Under the pieces are notes generated by a model that worked only from the letters and a program-made list of their open reading frames with translations, ran no database searches and was not told where the DNA came from. A program made the position numbers and the translations under genes. A DNA stretch of 64,000 bases. It comes from Camelus dromedarius. Lineage: Eukaryota. Location: the NCBI RefSeq assembly GCF_036321535.1, contig NC_087437.1, positions 17,672,001 to 17,736,000 of the forward strand. Direction: 5' to 3'. The first letter of the stretch is position 1. Every line of letters starts with the position of its first letter. Of this stretch, positions 1 through 12,836 are shown one piece after another.

Positions 1-989
1 GGAGATGGTGGTAATCTCTTCAAAGAGTTTCGGCTTTCAGAACAGCAGTGAGGAGCAGGGCCTTTTCAGTTGACTTCAGCCTTCTGCCCTGTAACACAAA
101 CACCCCTGAGACGGGAGAACGCAAAAACTTAGCCTTTTTTTGTGGAGTGAGGAGGAGAGATACAATGAAAGCAAGCCACAGATGAATGGCTCAGTCATTT
201 TCCTGCCACACACTCTTGTTGAACATCCTTAATTGAACATCAATTACTCCCCAAAGTCTAGGATGTCTGGATTCTTACACAGTATTATCTCCATTCTGTA
301 CATCTTCACAATCAGGACTCTTAGTAAGTAATCTTCTTTTTACCGTATCTTAAATATGCTGGCATTAAATAATGTTAGAATGCATTCCCCTTCTATCTGA
401 AATACTGCTATTAAAGAAAAATATAAGACATCAGTGGAACGGCACATGTTAACATTCATAAAATGTAACTTTTAGAGTTCTACTGGATTTATTCTAATTT
501 TAGTTACTAAATAATTGACAATATTCTGGATCATAAGCCTAAACTTACATTCAAAACATACACAGAGATTCTATCCCTTTGAAAAGTAAGTCAAGCTGGC
601 TATATTTAAACCAGAAGAGGGTTAACTACTTTCAATACTTTTATTACAGTTAAGTGTTGGGCAGGATACACATTTCTCTCTAATTTCCATGAATTCCAGT
701 GGATAGTCTGCCTTCACCATCCGAAGCTAGGTGTTGCCCCAGACTGTAGCCCAAGACAAAATGTATCCCCTGGGATCATTGCTTTTGTTTTGGCCGGAAG
801 GGACCTTGCCTGATGAGGGCACACCTAAAAGGGGAAAGGCGGCAGCTGCAGGCACGGAGGGTGGAACCGGCCACTCGGCAATCAGATCACCAGAGTGGGG
901 TCTCCCACCTCCTAGTCAAATCATCGTGATTACGGGCACACACATGTCATGGGAATCTGAGTGACAGATTTGAAACAGTTGAACAGAGA

Positions 990-1470
990 GACACTATTTT
1001 CACTTTATGCACAAAATGTAAAGTTATGCAACTGTCCCCAGATAAGCAGCAGCAACAACCCAGACCGGAAGCGCCCATCATGAACTGGAGGACCCAGGGA
1101 ATTTTGAAACGACGTGTGTTTTTCATGCAGCCACAGGGCGGCGCTATCTTAGCTGATCTCCGACGTCAGCATTTGTCGACCCTGCGGTTGTTTACAGACG
1201 CCTGAACTTCTGTGAGTCGTTTTTGGTGACAGTTGTCCTCATATTTATCAGTTGGTTGTTATAATTTAGCAAAGTCATCCAAACATTCATTAGGTGACGT
1301 TTGTGCAAGTGATGAAAAGCATACCGAAAAGATCAATAACTTTGGAATAGAAGTTAGAGGTGATAAAATGCTACCAGGAAGCCCCAACAACTGCCATTAA
1401 TGTAAGAGCAAGCCCTCTGCAAAATATTAGAGCTAATGCTGAGAAAACAAAAAGCAGCATTAGAGCACAC
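990..1470 (+). mobile_element. Degraded Tigger/pogo (TcMar) DNA transposon fragment with N-terminal HTH remnant
   Basis: 1333-1380 translates S-I-T-L-E-*-K-L-E-V-I-K-C-Y-Q-E and continues ...NIRANAEKTKSS, resembling the CENP-B/Tigger N-terminal HTH (RKSITLExKLEVIKR). It has an in-frame stop at 1348-1350. Boundaries approximate. Confidence 0.75.
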
Positions 1471-1719
1471 CATTCTACAATGTGGTGGATTTATGTGCCC
1501 CTAGAATACAGCTCCCATTTTGCATTTGTTTCTAAGAAGAATTAGTCCTGAATTATCAGAGGCCTTCATAAGCTCATCTCTGGTGTAAACCTGAGAGCCT
1601 GTGTTTTGTTTACTGTCCCTCCCTTCTCCTACCGCGTGGTTTCAGCTCTCATCCCAGTGCCGAGTACGGTGACTGAAATATGGCAAGGGCTTGCTCAAGA
1701 TTTGTGGAATAACTGAGAA

Positions 1720-1925
1720 ATAACTAACATGTATAGAGTATTTTTCACATGCCCAGGAATCGGTTAGTACTATACGTGCATTACCTCCATTAATGCTCAT
1801 ACAACCCTAAGAAGTAAGCATTATCATCCATAGCTTTATAGATGAAAGCAGGCTCAGAGAGTTTAAGTCACATGGCCAAGGTCACACAGCTAGTAATGGG
1901 TAGAGCCAGCTCTGAGCCAGCCACC
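1720..1925 (-). mobile_element. MIR SINE
   Basis: MIR core: 'caaccctaagaagtaagcattatc...gatgaaagcaggctcagagagtttaagtcacatggccaaggtcacacagctagtaatgg'. Confidence 0.8.
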
Positions 1926-2136
1926 CTAGCTTATACTGCCCCCGAAGCAAATTGGAGGAGGAAATGATTGTAGTTAAAACCGTAACTGGTGTCTACAGCA
2001 CAAGTGATTTCTGGATGCTGTCAAGCATCCTTTGGGCAGTTAATTGGGTGGTGACTCTTTTCTGATCAGCTGAAGAGCAAAGGTAGACCTGGGGACAAGT
2101 TTTAAAATAAGGGCTAGAGAGACAGATAATGTATGC

Positions 2137-2322
2137 CAGTGGTTCCCAAAGTGTGATTCCCCAACAAGGAGCGTCAGCATCACTCAGGGACTTGCTTAGA
2201 AATACAACTTCTCAGGCCCTATCCCAGACCTACTAAATCAGGAATTCTGGGATGAGGCCCAAAAATCTGTTTTATGAGCTCTCCTATTGATTTTGATTCA
2301 TGGTCAAGTTTGAGAGCCACAG
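2137..2322. mobile_element. MER5A-like hAT-Charlie MITE
   Basis: Terminal 'cagtggttcccaaagtgtg' ... 'caagtttgagagccacag', with internal 'cagcatcac...ttagaaat...tctcaggccc...cagacctactaaatcagg'. Confidence 0.8.
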
Positions 2323-3019
2323 GCAGGCCTAAACAACAGAAAGAAAAGTACCGTGTTTGGACATGAAATTCCTGGGGGCAACTGGAGGGAAAAGTAGTGA
2401 TGAGGGGAAAATGTTGAGGGGGAGAGTGGAGAGAGAGAAATCTGAATCTGACGAGACTCAGGTCTCTGGATGGGGTGAGGTGGCCGGAATGGGTGCACGG
2501 AAGGAATAGGGATGCCTGTAATTTCACTTCTAATTCTGCAATATATCACCTTAGTTTGCTCACACAGGCAGTAATATCTGATCCACAGACCAAGACTTAT
2601 GTGAATGGTCTTTTTGTAAATATCAGAGAAAGAGGATGACTTCTGTTCTCTACCAGCACGTGCTAGTCAGAGAAATGACCCACTGACAAAACTAAGTCTG
2701 CAAAAACAGAAGCACAGAGCCAGGAAGGACGATGAGAAGATAGGTCTTATGGAATTTCATGGAAATCTTAAGGAGGACATTGGAGCCTGTCTTATCTGGC
2801 TTTAAGAGTTGGGTTAATTCCAGCTAGCATGGGTCAGAGAATAAATGAATGAACTGAGGTTCTGGCCCTTGTGTTTCTGGGACTGGGACAAATTCTGGTT
2901 CCCTAGTTCTGACTCCTAACTCTCAGGACTGATCAGTGACTAACCAATTTGTGTGGAAGTATAGAGTGTCAGCATTTATATCATCTCCAGTAATTGGTAG
3001 GCATACTTGGGCAGGTAAT

Positions 3020-3565
3020 CTAATGTTGCAAAGTAAGCCACTCTAAAACCGAGTGGCTTAAGACAAGGCAACGTTTATTTTGCTCATGAATCTGCAGTTA
3101 GGGCAGGGCTTGCCAGGGATAGCTGTTTTTTTCCCCTCCATTTTTCATCACTTGGGACAGCTTGAAGAAATGGGTTGGGATCATCTGAAGTCTCACTCTT
3201 ATCTGGTGGTTGATGCTGGTTGCTGACTGAGATCTTAGCTGGGTCTGTCAGTGACAACACCTACACATAGCTTCTCTGTGTAGCCTGGGCTTCCTTACAA
3301 CATGGCGGCTGGATACCACGATTTAGAATCCTGGATAAAGAGATCCAGTAAGAAGCCATATTCCTGTCCATGTCCTTGTCTTAGAAGTCATGCAGTGTTA
3401 CTTCTACTGATACTCTATTGGTTGAAGCATCATAATGGCTTGCCTGATTTCAAGGAGAGGGAAAGTCTGCATTTCTTGATGGGGGAGTGGCATGGTTTAG
3501 GAAGAGCAAATGGAACCAGTAACATTAAAGCAGTCATTTTTTGGAGGGGGGCAGGATACAACCAT
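3020..3565 (-). mobile_element. MLT1-family (MaLR) solo LTR
   Basis: 'ccactctaaaaccgagtggcttaag...tttattttgctcatgaatctgcag...cctgggcttccttacaacatggcggctgg' resembles MLT1 reverse-strand consensus. Confidence 0.7.
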
Positions 3566-3964
3566 TTCATCTCAAGAGAGAATGACTTTCAAGAAGGCTC
3601 AGGCTCTGTGCAGGTTGCAGGTGGCTGGGGATGGGGCAAGACAGTGACCTGAACTCCAACTTTCTCAGACTACATTTCAGAAATCTAAAAAGCTCAGGCT
3701 GGCTGAACTGCCATATTGGGGTCATCCCCAAACTTCCATGGGTTTTCAGGGCTAAAAATGTGTGAGTGCCCACTGTGGACCAGATATCAGTGGCAGATGA
3801 GAGACAGTTGGCAGGAGGCTGCATTATGTCCTGTGCTCTAGGATGGGTGGGATGATGGCGCTCAGAAGACAAAAGCTAGAGCTGAATCCTACATTTCTGG
3901 GGGCTGTGTCAGCGACAAAGTGGAAGAGACAAGGGCTCCTTTGTTCCCAAAAGCTTTCTGTGAA

Positions 3965-3985
3965 ACACACACACACACACACACA
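3965..3985. repeat. (CA)n microsatellite
   Basis: About 10 AC units followed by a T run. Confidence 0.95.
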
Positions 3986-5649
3986 TTTTTTTTTCAGCAG
4001 ATGGGGAAGGAGCTAAGTTTTGTGTCTGAGCTGAAGAGGTTCTGAGCCGAGTCTACATGTGAGATCACAGGAGCCCAAGAGGGAGAATGTGAGCCCCTGG
4101 AATCCACTGAGACTGTAGGAAGGGCTTTGGACTTCCAAGGGATGTAGCTCTGCAGGGTGGAGCTCAGGTTAATTTTTACTGAAATCTCAAGGGACAAGGA
4201 GCCCCGGCTGACTCTGGATGTCAAGAGAATATTTGATACCAGTGACATGGTGGATCAGGATGCTTCCTCAATGGCGGTGGCGAATTTGTCTTGAAATAGC
4301 TATGTCTACCAGTTCTTTAGATTAAGCTAGCGTTTATTAAATCTATTCACTCAGGGTACTGTGTGAGGTTTTTTGTGTATTTCATCTGATACTCATAGAA
4401 ACCATGTGGAGAGGTTGCTGCAAGTATCCTCTTTATCAGAGATGATGAAATGGCCTCACCCAGAGCCAAAGAGCTGGAACTTGGTAGATTCAAGCTGAGG
4501 TCCTCAGACTCCCGCGCTGGGGCCATTTCTTACAAATGCCAGTTTAACAGTTGCATACCTATGAGAGGGTAGGTGGATGGATGGATGCCCAGTGGTAAAA
4601 AATGAACACAAATTCAGGACCATTTGAAAAGGATAGGTTTCTCTAGAAATGATGAAGTGAGAAATCAGTGGGTTAAAGGCAAGATAAAAAGAGGGGAAGA
4701 GAGTGAGTGTCTGGGTACTTGCTACGCCATCTGTGATGTGATAGTGAATCCCAGCGTGCTGATTTGCAGCCGGCTCCATATCAGGGACATGGCCAGTCGA
4801 TTTCATGTGCTTCCCTAGAGAGTTGTGTTGAGAAGGATTCTGAGGCTCAGCTCTGGCTCCCTGCTAGAGGTGTTATTAGCGAGTGGTGGCTGCCACAGGT
4901 AAGGGGCGTAAGTGTTTCTTACGTGTTCCTCCCAACTAAAACTGGCAGCCTTGCTTTTTGGCTTTCCTTTCTCCAGATAAAATTAGCTCCATGTCCTTTT
5001 ACCTTTCACGCAGAAATCTTTACAGTCATTTGAGGTTTTTTTTTTTTTTTAAATAAAACATTCTCATACCATAACAACAAGGTCTTCATGCCTATTTACA
5101 AGCAAGAATGACATATTCATCTGTTCCTTGAGGGAAAGGCCACCTGAGTGAAGAGATGGGAGACAGACCTGCCCTACCTTGTGCTCATTATAGCAGCTCT
5201 CAGCATCGCTGGGCTCCACCATACAGCCTTCTCCCTGCCTTCTGAAAAGTCTGCTGCGAGCTTCTTTATTTCTTAGAGGATGTTGACACTAATTTGGTTC
5301 TGGGAATATTTAAGAATCTTTTAAAATCCCTTACAGTGACTGGAAATACCCTGGGGTGTTGCAAATTCAGAGTTGGGGATTATTGTTGAAAAGCTAAAGC
5401 TATGACTGTGTCCATAACAACCAGTGGGAAAGTGCCACTTTGGTTGTCTCGTGTGTTGAATAGCTGATGATGGTTATTTTTGCATCAGCCAGAGTAAGTG
5501 AATCAGACAGATAGCATGCATGTGGACAGATGGTGCTTGTGTTTACATGACACTAAAATATTTGTCTTAAAGACAATATTCTGCAACAACAGAATTGAGC
5601 CTGACTGGCTTTATATATAGCCCTGATTTAGCTGTTTAGCTCAGACACA

Positions 5650-5880
5650 GACAGGCGGCTTAGAGCGGTGAGGAGAGCGTGGGCTTTGGAGCTGACAGAG
5701 CTGCACTGGAATCTTGCTTCTGTTCCTTGCCAGCCCTATGACTCAGTGTCCTAACGTGGAAGATGAGCTCAATGGCATGCTGATACCCATGCTCATTTTG
5801 AGTGTGTAAGTGTGCAGGTGACGGTTAAGGGGGAAAATGTATGTGAAACCACACACTGAATACTCAGTAAATGCTAGTTC
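5650..5880 (+). mobile_element. MIR SINE
   Basis: 'gagcgtgggctttggagctgacagag...aatcttgcttctg...tactcagtaaatgctag' follows the MIR layout. Confidence 0.65.
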
Positions 5881-6568
5881 TCCGTCTGCTTTCTTCTTTC
5901 CTTCAGCAGAAGATGAGAAGTGTAATGGGAACAGTGAACAGTGGCCACCACCATGACAGATGTGCAGACCGGAGTTCCTCAGAGCCCAGACATGGTGGGG
6001 GACAGGAAGCATCCTGGAGGCAGAGGCAGTTGCCATGGAAACACAGCAGGTTATCTGAATCGTGCCCCCTAATCCAGAGAGCCTGGGTGTCCAGGTAAGC
6101 GATGGGGGTAGAATACCTCAAGGATTAAATCTACTCATCAAAAGAGGGAAGGCTGCCTCTCTCCTCAGAGCCGAGGAAAGACGAGAATAAGGAAGAATGA
6201 GATTGTGTGGATTGAGCTGAAGACAAACCATGGCAGAGGTGGGACCTGGGGAGGAAGAAAAGCCAGAAGCTTCAGCTTCTCCACACTTGATATGAAGAAG
6301 AAAATGGCGGGCTTTTCAGTCCTGGAAGTCCAGAAAGAGCGTGTGTCTTCCTACAGGCTGAAGGGGAAGGAAAAGCTGGAGACCTCAGGGAAGGCTTTGA
6401 TTAGGAAAGAAGCCAATTTTAGGGTTTAAGGAAGGAAGCAAATGCACATGGGAAATGTAGCAGTTGCCAATTGCCAGTTATGGCTGCAAATCTTAATCTC
6501 AAAATCATCAACAATTTCTTGTATCTTTATGATTAATTCTTCACTCTGTGTGTGTGCATCTCAGACCC

Positions 6569-7014
6569 TGTTTTAGTTTCCCAGGGCTGTCAGAGCAAAG
6601 TACCACAAATAATTGGGTTGCTTTAAACACAGAAACTTACTGTCTTATGGTTCTGGAGGCTGGAAATCCAAGATCAAGATGTCAGCAGGGCTGTGTCCTC
6701 TCTGGAAACTTGCAGGGGAGGATTCTTCCTTGTCCCTCCCTAGCTTCCTGTGTTTGCCAGCAATCCGGGTGTTCTCTGGCTCACAGCTGGCCAGTCTCTG
6801 CCTCTGTTGTTACAGGGAGTTCTCCTTGTGTGTTTGTGTCCACATCTCTCTCCTCTAAGGACATCAGTCCTATTGGCTGGGGGCCCACCCAGTGGCCTCA
6901 TCTTAACTTGAATACATCAGCAAAGATCTGATTGCCAAATAAGGTCCCATTCACAGGTGCTAGGGTTAGGACCATAACATATCTTTTTTGGGGGACACAA
7001 TTCAACCCTAAAGA
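6569..7014 (-). mobile_element. MLT1 (MLT1B/C-like) solo LTR with probable 5-bp TSD
   Basis: 'tgttttagtttcccagggctg...aagtaccacaaa...ggttctggaggctggaaatccaagatcaag...ggggacacaattcaaccc'. Flanks are gaccc (6564-6568) and gatcc (7015-7019). Confidence 0.85.
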
Positions 7015-7340
7015 GATCCCTTTGAGAATCTAAGGAAAACTATGATCTTGCTACAGAAAAGTGCACACGTGAACAGAATATTAAACTTTGCAAATGGTTT
7101 TAAGGTGTTCACAGACCTCTGAAGCCTGTTGTGGACCCTTAAGGACTTGCTACTCAAAGTGTGGTCCCGTAGCATCAGCATCACCGGGGGGCTTTATAGA
7201 AAAGCAGACTTTCAGGCCCCAAACTAGACCTGCTGCATCAGAACTTGCATTTTGATGAGATTCCTCAAGTGAGGGGTGTGCACATCCAATTTTAATACTC
7301 AAGGGGTCTGCATGCATCCCCCCAGGTGAAGAACCACTCC
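7015..7340 (+). mobile_element. hAT-Charlie MITE interrupted by a MER5A-like insertion (~7145-7296)
   Basis: Host: 'ccctttgagaatct...gttcacagacctctgaagcc' and 'ccccaggtgaagaaccact'. Insert: 'tactcaaagtgtggtccc...cagcatcacc...caggcccc...agacctgctgcatcagaa', flanked by ccttaagg (7137-7144) and actcaagg (7297-7304). Confidence 0.65.
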
Positions 7341-8184
7341 CCTCTCTCTGTCTCTTGTCCCATCTCTGGTTTCTAGTTGGTAGAGTCAGGCTCACAGGCC
7401 CAAATCTTGTTCCCCACTATTCAACAGACCTGCTTCTGCTGCAGCCAGGTGTGTTCTCTCCGTGTCCTTGGTAGACCATCCCCATCCCCTCCCGCCTTGC
7501 ATGGAACACCTTGTTATCACTAGCAAATAGCCCCTAGTACCTGTTTGACACTAGATAGAATATTGTCATCATTTGAAAAATTATATTAAGCAACTACTGT
7601 GTGCTGGGCCCCACATATGGCAGCATAGTCTGTCGTCCAGCTCTCTGTCCTCTCTGCCCAGGTTAAGTGGCTTGTTCTTCTTCGGGGACCACCTCTCCTC
7701 TTTCTGAGCACTCCCCTCAGAACCTTGGCTGCCATGTTGTTTTTCACAGTGACTTGGAGCATTCACTGCTGTTTTCTGGGTGAGGCTGGGTGCTGGCGGA
7801 GCAGATTTACCTTAGTTTGGTCCCCAGAAAGAGAAACATTGCTAGAAGGTGCTAGCAATTTTGTGCTAGAGTCATCCACTCACTCTGGAGAGGTTTGGAG
7901 ACCCAGCAGAGCCTTGTGATTGGGGAGATGGTGAGTGGGTTAGGGGGCTTGGATTTAGTGGCCTGAGCTGGGCTGTAGTTGGCAGCAGAGACTGAAGAGA
8001 CAACTTGCCTGCATGTCACAGCCTAGTTAGTGATGTGGCCGGGAGGAGGACTCAAGATGAACCCCGAGGCTCATGTTGCTGTACCAGACAATCTCTTTAA
8101 AGACAGTGAGCATACAGAGATGATGCTGTGATAAGTAGGGGGGGGGTCCGTGGTGGCACACTGCCCCTGGCCACGTAATCCTGT

Positions 8185-8370
8185 ACCATGAGTCCAGAGC
8201 CCAGGATTCAAATGCCAACCCCATTCCTCGCTAAGCTTTGCTCTGCTCACCTGTACATCCTAGTGTTGCTGTGAAGGTTCAACGAATCAGGCCACGTAAA
8301 GTTCTCGGGGCAGCGCCTGGCCTGTGGAAAATCTCAGTGCACACCAGCCATTATTGCTATTACTACTCTT
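8185..8370 (+). mobile_element. MIR SINE
   Basis: 'gagcccaggattcaaatgcc...gttgctgtgaaggttcaacg...gtaaagttctc...cagcgcctggc...ccattattgctattact'. Confidence 0.7.
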
Positions 8371-9383
8371 TCTAGGTTTTCCTTGTGACAACCAGCATTA
8401 GTTTGGAAACAAGCTACTTCAACAATACATATTTCATGAGCTCCTCACGGAAGCTTGTGAAGTAGGATGAAGGAAATGCGAGAGAAATCGGCTCAAAGCC
8501 ACTTTCCACTGGGGAGCCTTGGGTACCCACTCTCCCACCCTCGACCCAGACACTCTGAACCATCCTTCTCTGGCCCCACAAGGAACCCGTGAGTCCTCTG
8601 TCACATTTAGGGACATGCTGTCATCAACATTCTCTCCTCTGCCAGACTGGGGCACGCTGAGGACTTTTAGAGGGCCTGGAACAGGCCTTACTAGTTTTAT
8701 ATTATCCTTAGCATCTATTCCAAGTTTTACCATATTTATTTAGTGAGTACCTGAATAAGCCGTCTTTTAAACTCTTATCCCTGATTAAAATCATCTTACA
8801 GCAGAGAAGAGAGAAAAAAATTAACCAAGCTTTTCCAAATCTCATCCAAAGTCTTGTCAGTTTCTTTGTGAACGTGTAGCTCCGTCTCCCTTGCAGCGCC
8901 TCGCCCTGCGCCGTCCCTCTCCTAGAGGCTGACGTGCAAGGCCCGGGCTGATTCCCCAACCTGTAATAAAGTGTATGTATAAAGATAGCGGTGTTGTTAT
9001 ACAATTTAATTAGTACATCATTCAGACATTTGGACCAATGCCTGGCTCCTTTTTTTGAGTGTTCATTTAGCTTTTAGAGTCTAACTCCCACGTGAAATAA
9101 ACAAAAAGGCTAATTGCTTTTGGATTTTAGCACTGGGCGAAATACCTGGATTCATTATGTGAGTCGTATTTTAGAGGTGGATTAAGGGTTCTGCTGGTGA
9201 ATGAAAAATTCCAAGATGACAGCTGTAATCCTTAAAGCAAGGCAATCGGAAGGTTTGGGATCCCAGAGGCCGCGTAGGACTCCATCTGACACGTTCCTAG
9301 TTTTCACAGCAGCGTAAAGTGTTTGCACACTGATGAGAACATTGTCTTGGGATGGTAGGATTTTATAACTCATCGATCTGTAA

Positions 9384-9530
9384 CAGCGGTGTGCTGGTCA
9401 GTGTTTAAGAACCTGCTGTCTAGGAATAAAGGAAAAGTCCTGACGTGTAGTTTCACCAGTTTCCAGGGTGTAAAGAATCCATACTGGCTGATTTCCAACT
9501 ACTAATGAGGAGGTGGGAAGAGATGCAGAC
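9384..9530 (+). mobile_element. MER63-like hAT-Blackjack element
   Basis: 'cagcggtgtgctggtcagtgtttaagaacc...gggtgtaaagaatccatactggctgatttccaactac...gggaagagatgc' matches recalled MER63 consensus. Confidence 0.65.
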
Positions 9531-11108
9531 CCTTGTCAGCCCATGTGAGCTGCCTGCCTGCCTGTGGTCAAGGCGGAGGTAAGCCTGGGGCTCAGCCTAG
9601 AGTTGGTTTTCCAGGAGCTTCTGCACGATGTCTGGTGTGTGTGTGGTGGTGGGGTGCGAACACATCTGGGACCAGTAAAGGGGATGTCCCTGTCCAACCC
9701 CTGGGAGAGTGGGGGAGGTGGGTGAAAGAACGTTCCATCTTGCATTTTCAAGTGTGCTCGGGGCGGTTTGGTACAGGGACATGTGCATGCCCGATAGACT
9801 GTTTACTGTCACCAATTTTCCACATCCTTTTAATGGAGGACTGGTTGGGGAACCCAGAGAGTGTAACTGGATTTGAAAGCATTTGGCGCAGGGCATGGCC
9901 CTCAGGAGATGGCACTCGCTATTAACTGGGGACTGGGGAGGTGCCCCAAATAGGGCAGAAGATGGGACTTACCCTCGTCCGGTGCTCCTTGCCCCTTTTG
10001 TGAGCCGTGAGGGTTCTGCTTGATGCTGGAGGATAGAAAATTCAGGCCTGGGCCCTGCACGTCGGGGCTGGCTGCCTGCAGGAGGTCTCTGTGGAGTGGG
10101 GTTCGGGTTAGTCCCAGAACCTGCCTCTCCCTCTCTCTCCCTCTCTCTCTCATTTCCAGTGACAGAAGCTGCATGATTACTAGACTCCAATCAGAGTTTT
10201 GGCCTCCAGCTGTCCGGCAGCAGGTGTGCAGACCACCTGGGGCAAATAAGAGCTTCTCCAGGGCTCCTCCAGGCACGGCAGGCCCTCCAGGAGGCTAGAA
10301 GTTTGAGTCAGCCGCGGGAGCAGCACTGCCGTCTGGCAGCTTCCCTAACAATTGATTGCAGCATGTGAATGAAGAGTGAAGTCAGGGCCACACCTAAAGT
10401 CGCAGAGAGAATGCGTGAAAACGACAGTAACTGGTATGGTTTCTCTTTCCTCAGGTGCCAGGCATTGTGCGGAGCCCCCTACAGCCATTATTCATGTAAT
10501 CCTCACGGTACCTTGATGAAGTGGGGCTTCTAGCTCAAGATCACACTGTGGGGTTGGTGCTGGGATGCAAATCTGGATGATTTGTCTCCTTAGTCCCAGC
10601 TGTTAGCCCTATATTTTACCATCTGTCTAAACCTGAAAGATGGACATTATGACTCATATGCCCAATGAACACTGCACAGGCACAATCCATGCATGGCCTT
10701 GCATCCTTCATCCAGCTCGCTGGTCCTCAAAGTGCCCCTCTTGGCTCCTGCTCCCAGAGGGAATTCAGATAACACCTCCTTCACTCCGTCTGACCACGTC
10801 CTACCAAGCCAGTTAAGTTCCATGACCCCCTCTCACTCTCATGTTACCTTGATGGATTATCCCTGTCATCAGTTTCCTAAGGGTGTCCACGAATCTGAGT
10901 CCCAAAACTTCCAAAAACCAGTGCTGCCTATGATGGAAGGCGCCCAGAGTTCAAGTGGATGATTTTCTTGCCAAACACCCAATGGAGTTAGCGAGTGCTT
11001 GCAGAAAAGATTGTAACTGAGAAAAACCTAAAGCTTCTGTGGGTGAGAACAACTGATGTGTGTTTTGCATGTGGGGAGGGTCAGGAATTGCTGGGGGGCA
11101 GAGGGCAA

Positions 11109-11290
11109 TGTAGCAGGCAGCCTCTCAAACAGCCCCCAACGACCTTCATGTCCTGCTATTTTTGCCCTTCTGTAATCTCCTCTCCCTGCGGGTGAGCTGG
11201 ACCTACTGACTCGCTCCCAACCAGTATGAGCCTGCAGAAGTGATGAGATGTCACTTCTGAGGTAGGATTATACAAGAACTGCCTTCCGGG
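11109..11290 (+). mobile_element. MLT1 LTR 5' fragment
   Basis: 'tgtagcaggcagcctctcaaacagccccca...gcagaagtgatgagatgtcacttctgaggtaggattata'. Confidence 0.65.
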
Positions 11291-11429
11291 TGCGGCCTGC
11301 ATCCTCAGAGCCTCCACAATGGACTTGCTGGGGCCGGGTCACTGGTGCTGAGCGAGACAATGTGTCCCACCGCAGCCCTGTGCCGGGGACACCCCCACAG
11401 GGCTTGACTGATGCTGTCAGCACCCGGCG

Positions 11430-11769
11430 TGGTACCACAGCAACGTTCTTGGTCCCCTGGAGGCCAGGAGTGCTGGGGCATTAACATCCCCAGTAAGAGT
11501 CTCCAGCCAACCATGGATGAGAGTTGGTGATAAACACTCCAGTTCCTTGCACGCTGGGCAGGGCGTTTTGAGACGTGTTATATACTGCTTCCCTAGACAA
11601 CCTTGCCCACTTTGGTAACCGTCACACGAAGCCACCCTGGACTGGCTTCTTTCCCCTCATGCTGACTTCTTCACATCCTACCTATCTGCTTCCTGGGGTC
11701 ACTTCCCAAATAACTATTAGCACTCAAATCCTTTTGAGTGCATACCTCTGGGGATCCCAACCTGAGACA
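11430..11769 (+). mobile_element. LTR16-like (ERVL) solo LTR, 3' part
   Basis: Ends 'cctggggtcacttcccaaataactattagcactcaaatcct...ctctggggatcccaacctgagaca', typical of an LTR16 terminus. Confidence 0.65.
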
Positions 11770-11802
11770 GTATTTACTGTTGTCTGTGGTCCGGGCTCCC
11801 AG

Positions 11803-12057
11803 TTGAGGATCAGCATGCCAGCTAAGCTAGTCCAATGGAACTCAGTTATGGGGAATTTTTTTTTTTGAATTATTGGGGACAAAAATTTTTTCATTACTCC
11901 ACAGAATATGAGGCTGGAGATGCTATAGCCTCAACCTGGAAAGACCAGCCAAAGAAATAAAGTCAACACAAAGGCTAGAAAAGTAGAGCGAGGAGCTGTG
12001 TCCTGCACATGGGCCAATAAATGTGCTTATGTCAATTAAGAATTATTTCTAATTAAC
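11803..12057 (+). repeat. 255-bp direct repeat, copy 1 (inserted copy)
   Basis: Identical to 13435-13688 except for T11 versus T10 in the homopolymer run. Confidence 0.97.
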
Positions 12058-12459
12058 TTTGAGAACTTCCTATGTACTGAGCACTGTGCAATCTCTTTAC
12101 TAAACTGTTGCCCTGTTTCCCAGCTGTCTGATTTCACTGCTGCCTCAGCTTTGAGGTGCTGGTGGAAAAGTACACCAGTTCAGCCCACCAGCCTTGCCTC
12201 AGAAGTAGGGGCACCTGGGGACTCCAGCCCCGCCTCCAGACGCAGAGCAGACCCTGCGTGTTCTCATGGGGAGCGAGATGGCCCTGGAAGGACAGGGTGT
12301 CCCCCGCAAAGATTCAGTGCAAGGGACAAGTCTCGGCACTTGGAATTGCGAGATGAGTCTGGTGGCCCTCCTGCTAACCAGCTACAGATGGAGCAGGTCA
12401 TTAAAACTCTGTGAGAATTGAGTTTTTCATCTGGGAAGTGAAGGGGTGAGAGGCAAAAC

Positions 12460-12836
12460 CAGCTTTTCTCAACATGTGTTCTGTAGAAACAATGACTTCT
12501 CTTGACGTCTTTTGAAATAAAATCCCTTATTTAAGTAAATGTGGGAAATGCTCCTTACCAAAGCTTCCTCTGATAGATTCATAATACATACCTACACTTT
12601 AAGGACTAGAAGATTTGCACTAAATAAATCTTTTAATGTTGTTTAACCCAGTGTTTTCCACACTTTTTCTCCCTTAATGGAGGAACTAGGGATTGAACCC
12701 AGGAACTCATGCATGTCAAGCACGTACTCTACCGCTGAGCTATACCCTCCCCACCTCCCACACTATTTTGGACCACAGAATTCCTTCTGAGCACAGCATC
12801 TATGACTACCCCACACAATTACTATTTGAAAAAACG
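12460..12836. mobile_element. hAT-Charlie-like MITE interrupted by a SINE
   Basis: Starts 'cagcttttctcaacatgtgttctgtagaa', internal 'gtttaacccagtgttttcca', ends 'ctatttgaaaaaacg'. Confidence 0.5.
12668..12752 (-). mobile_element. Camelid tRNA-derived SINE (Vic-1 type)
   Basis: Reverse complement reads GGGGAGGGTATAGCTCAGCGGTAGAG...GGGTTCAATCCC...CCTCCATT (A and B boxes); 'ccacact' on both sides. Confidence 0.9.

Noticed and set aside
1360..1545. ORF resembling a Tigger transposase N-terminus as a domesticated gene
   Set aside because: In-frame stop immediately upstream, apparent frameshift and deletions, and no DDE domain follows.
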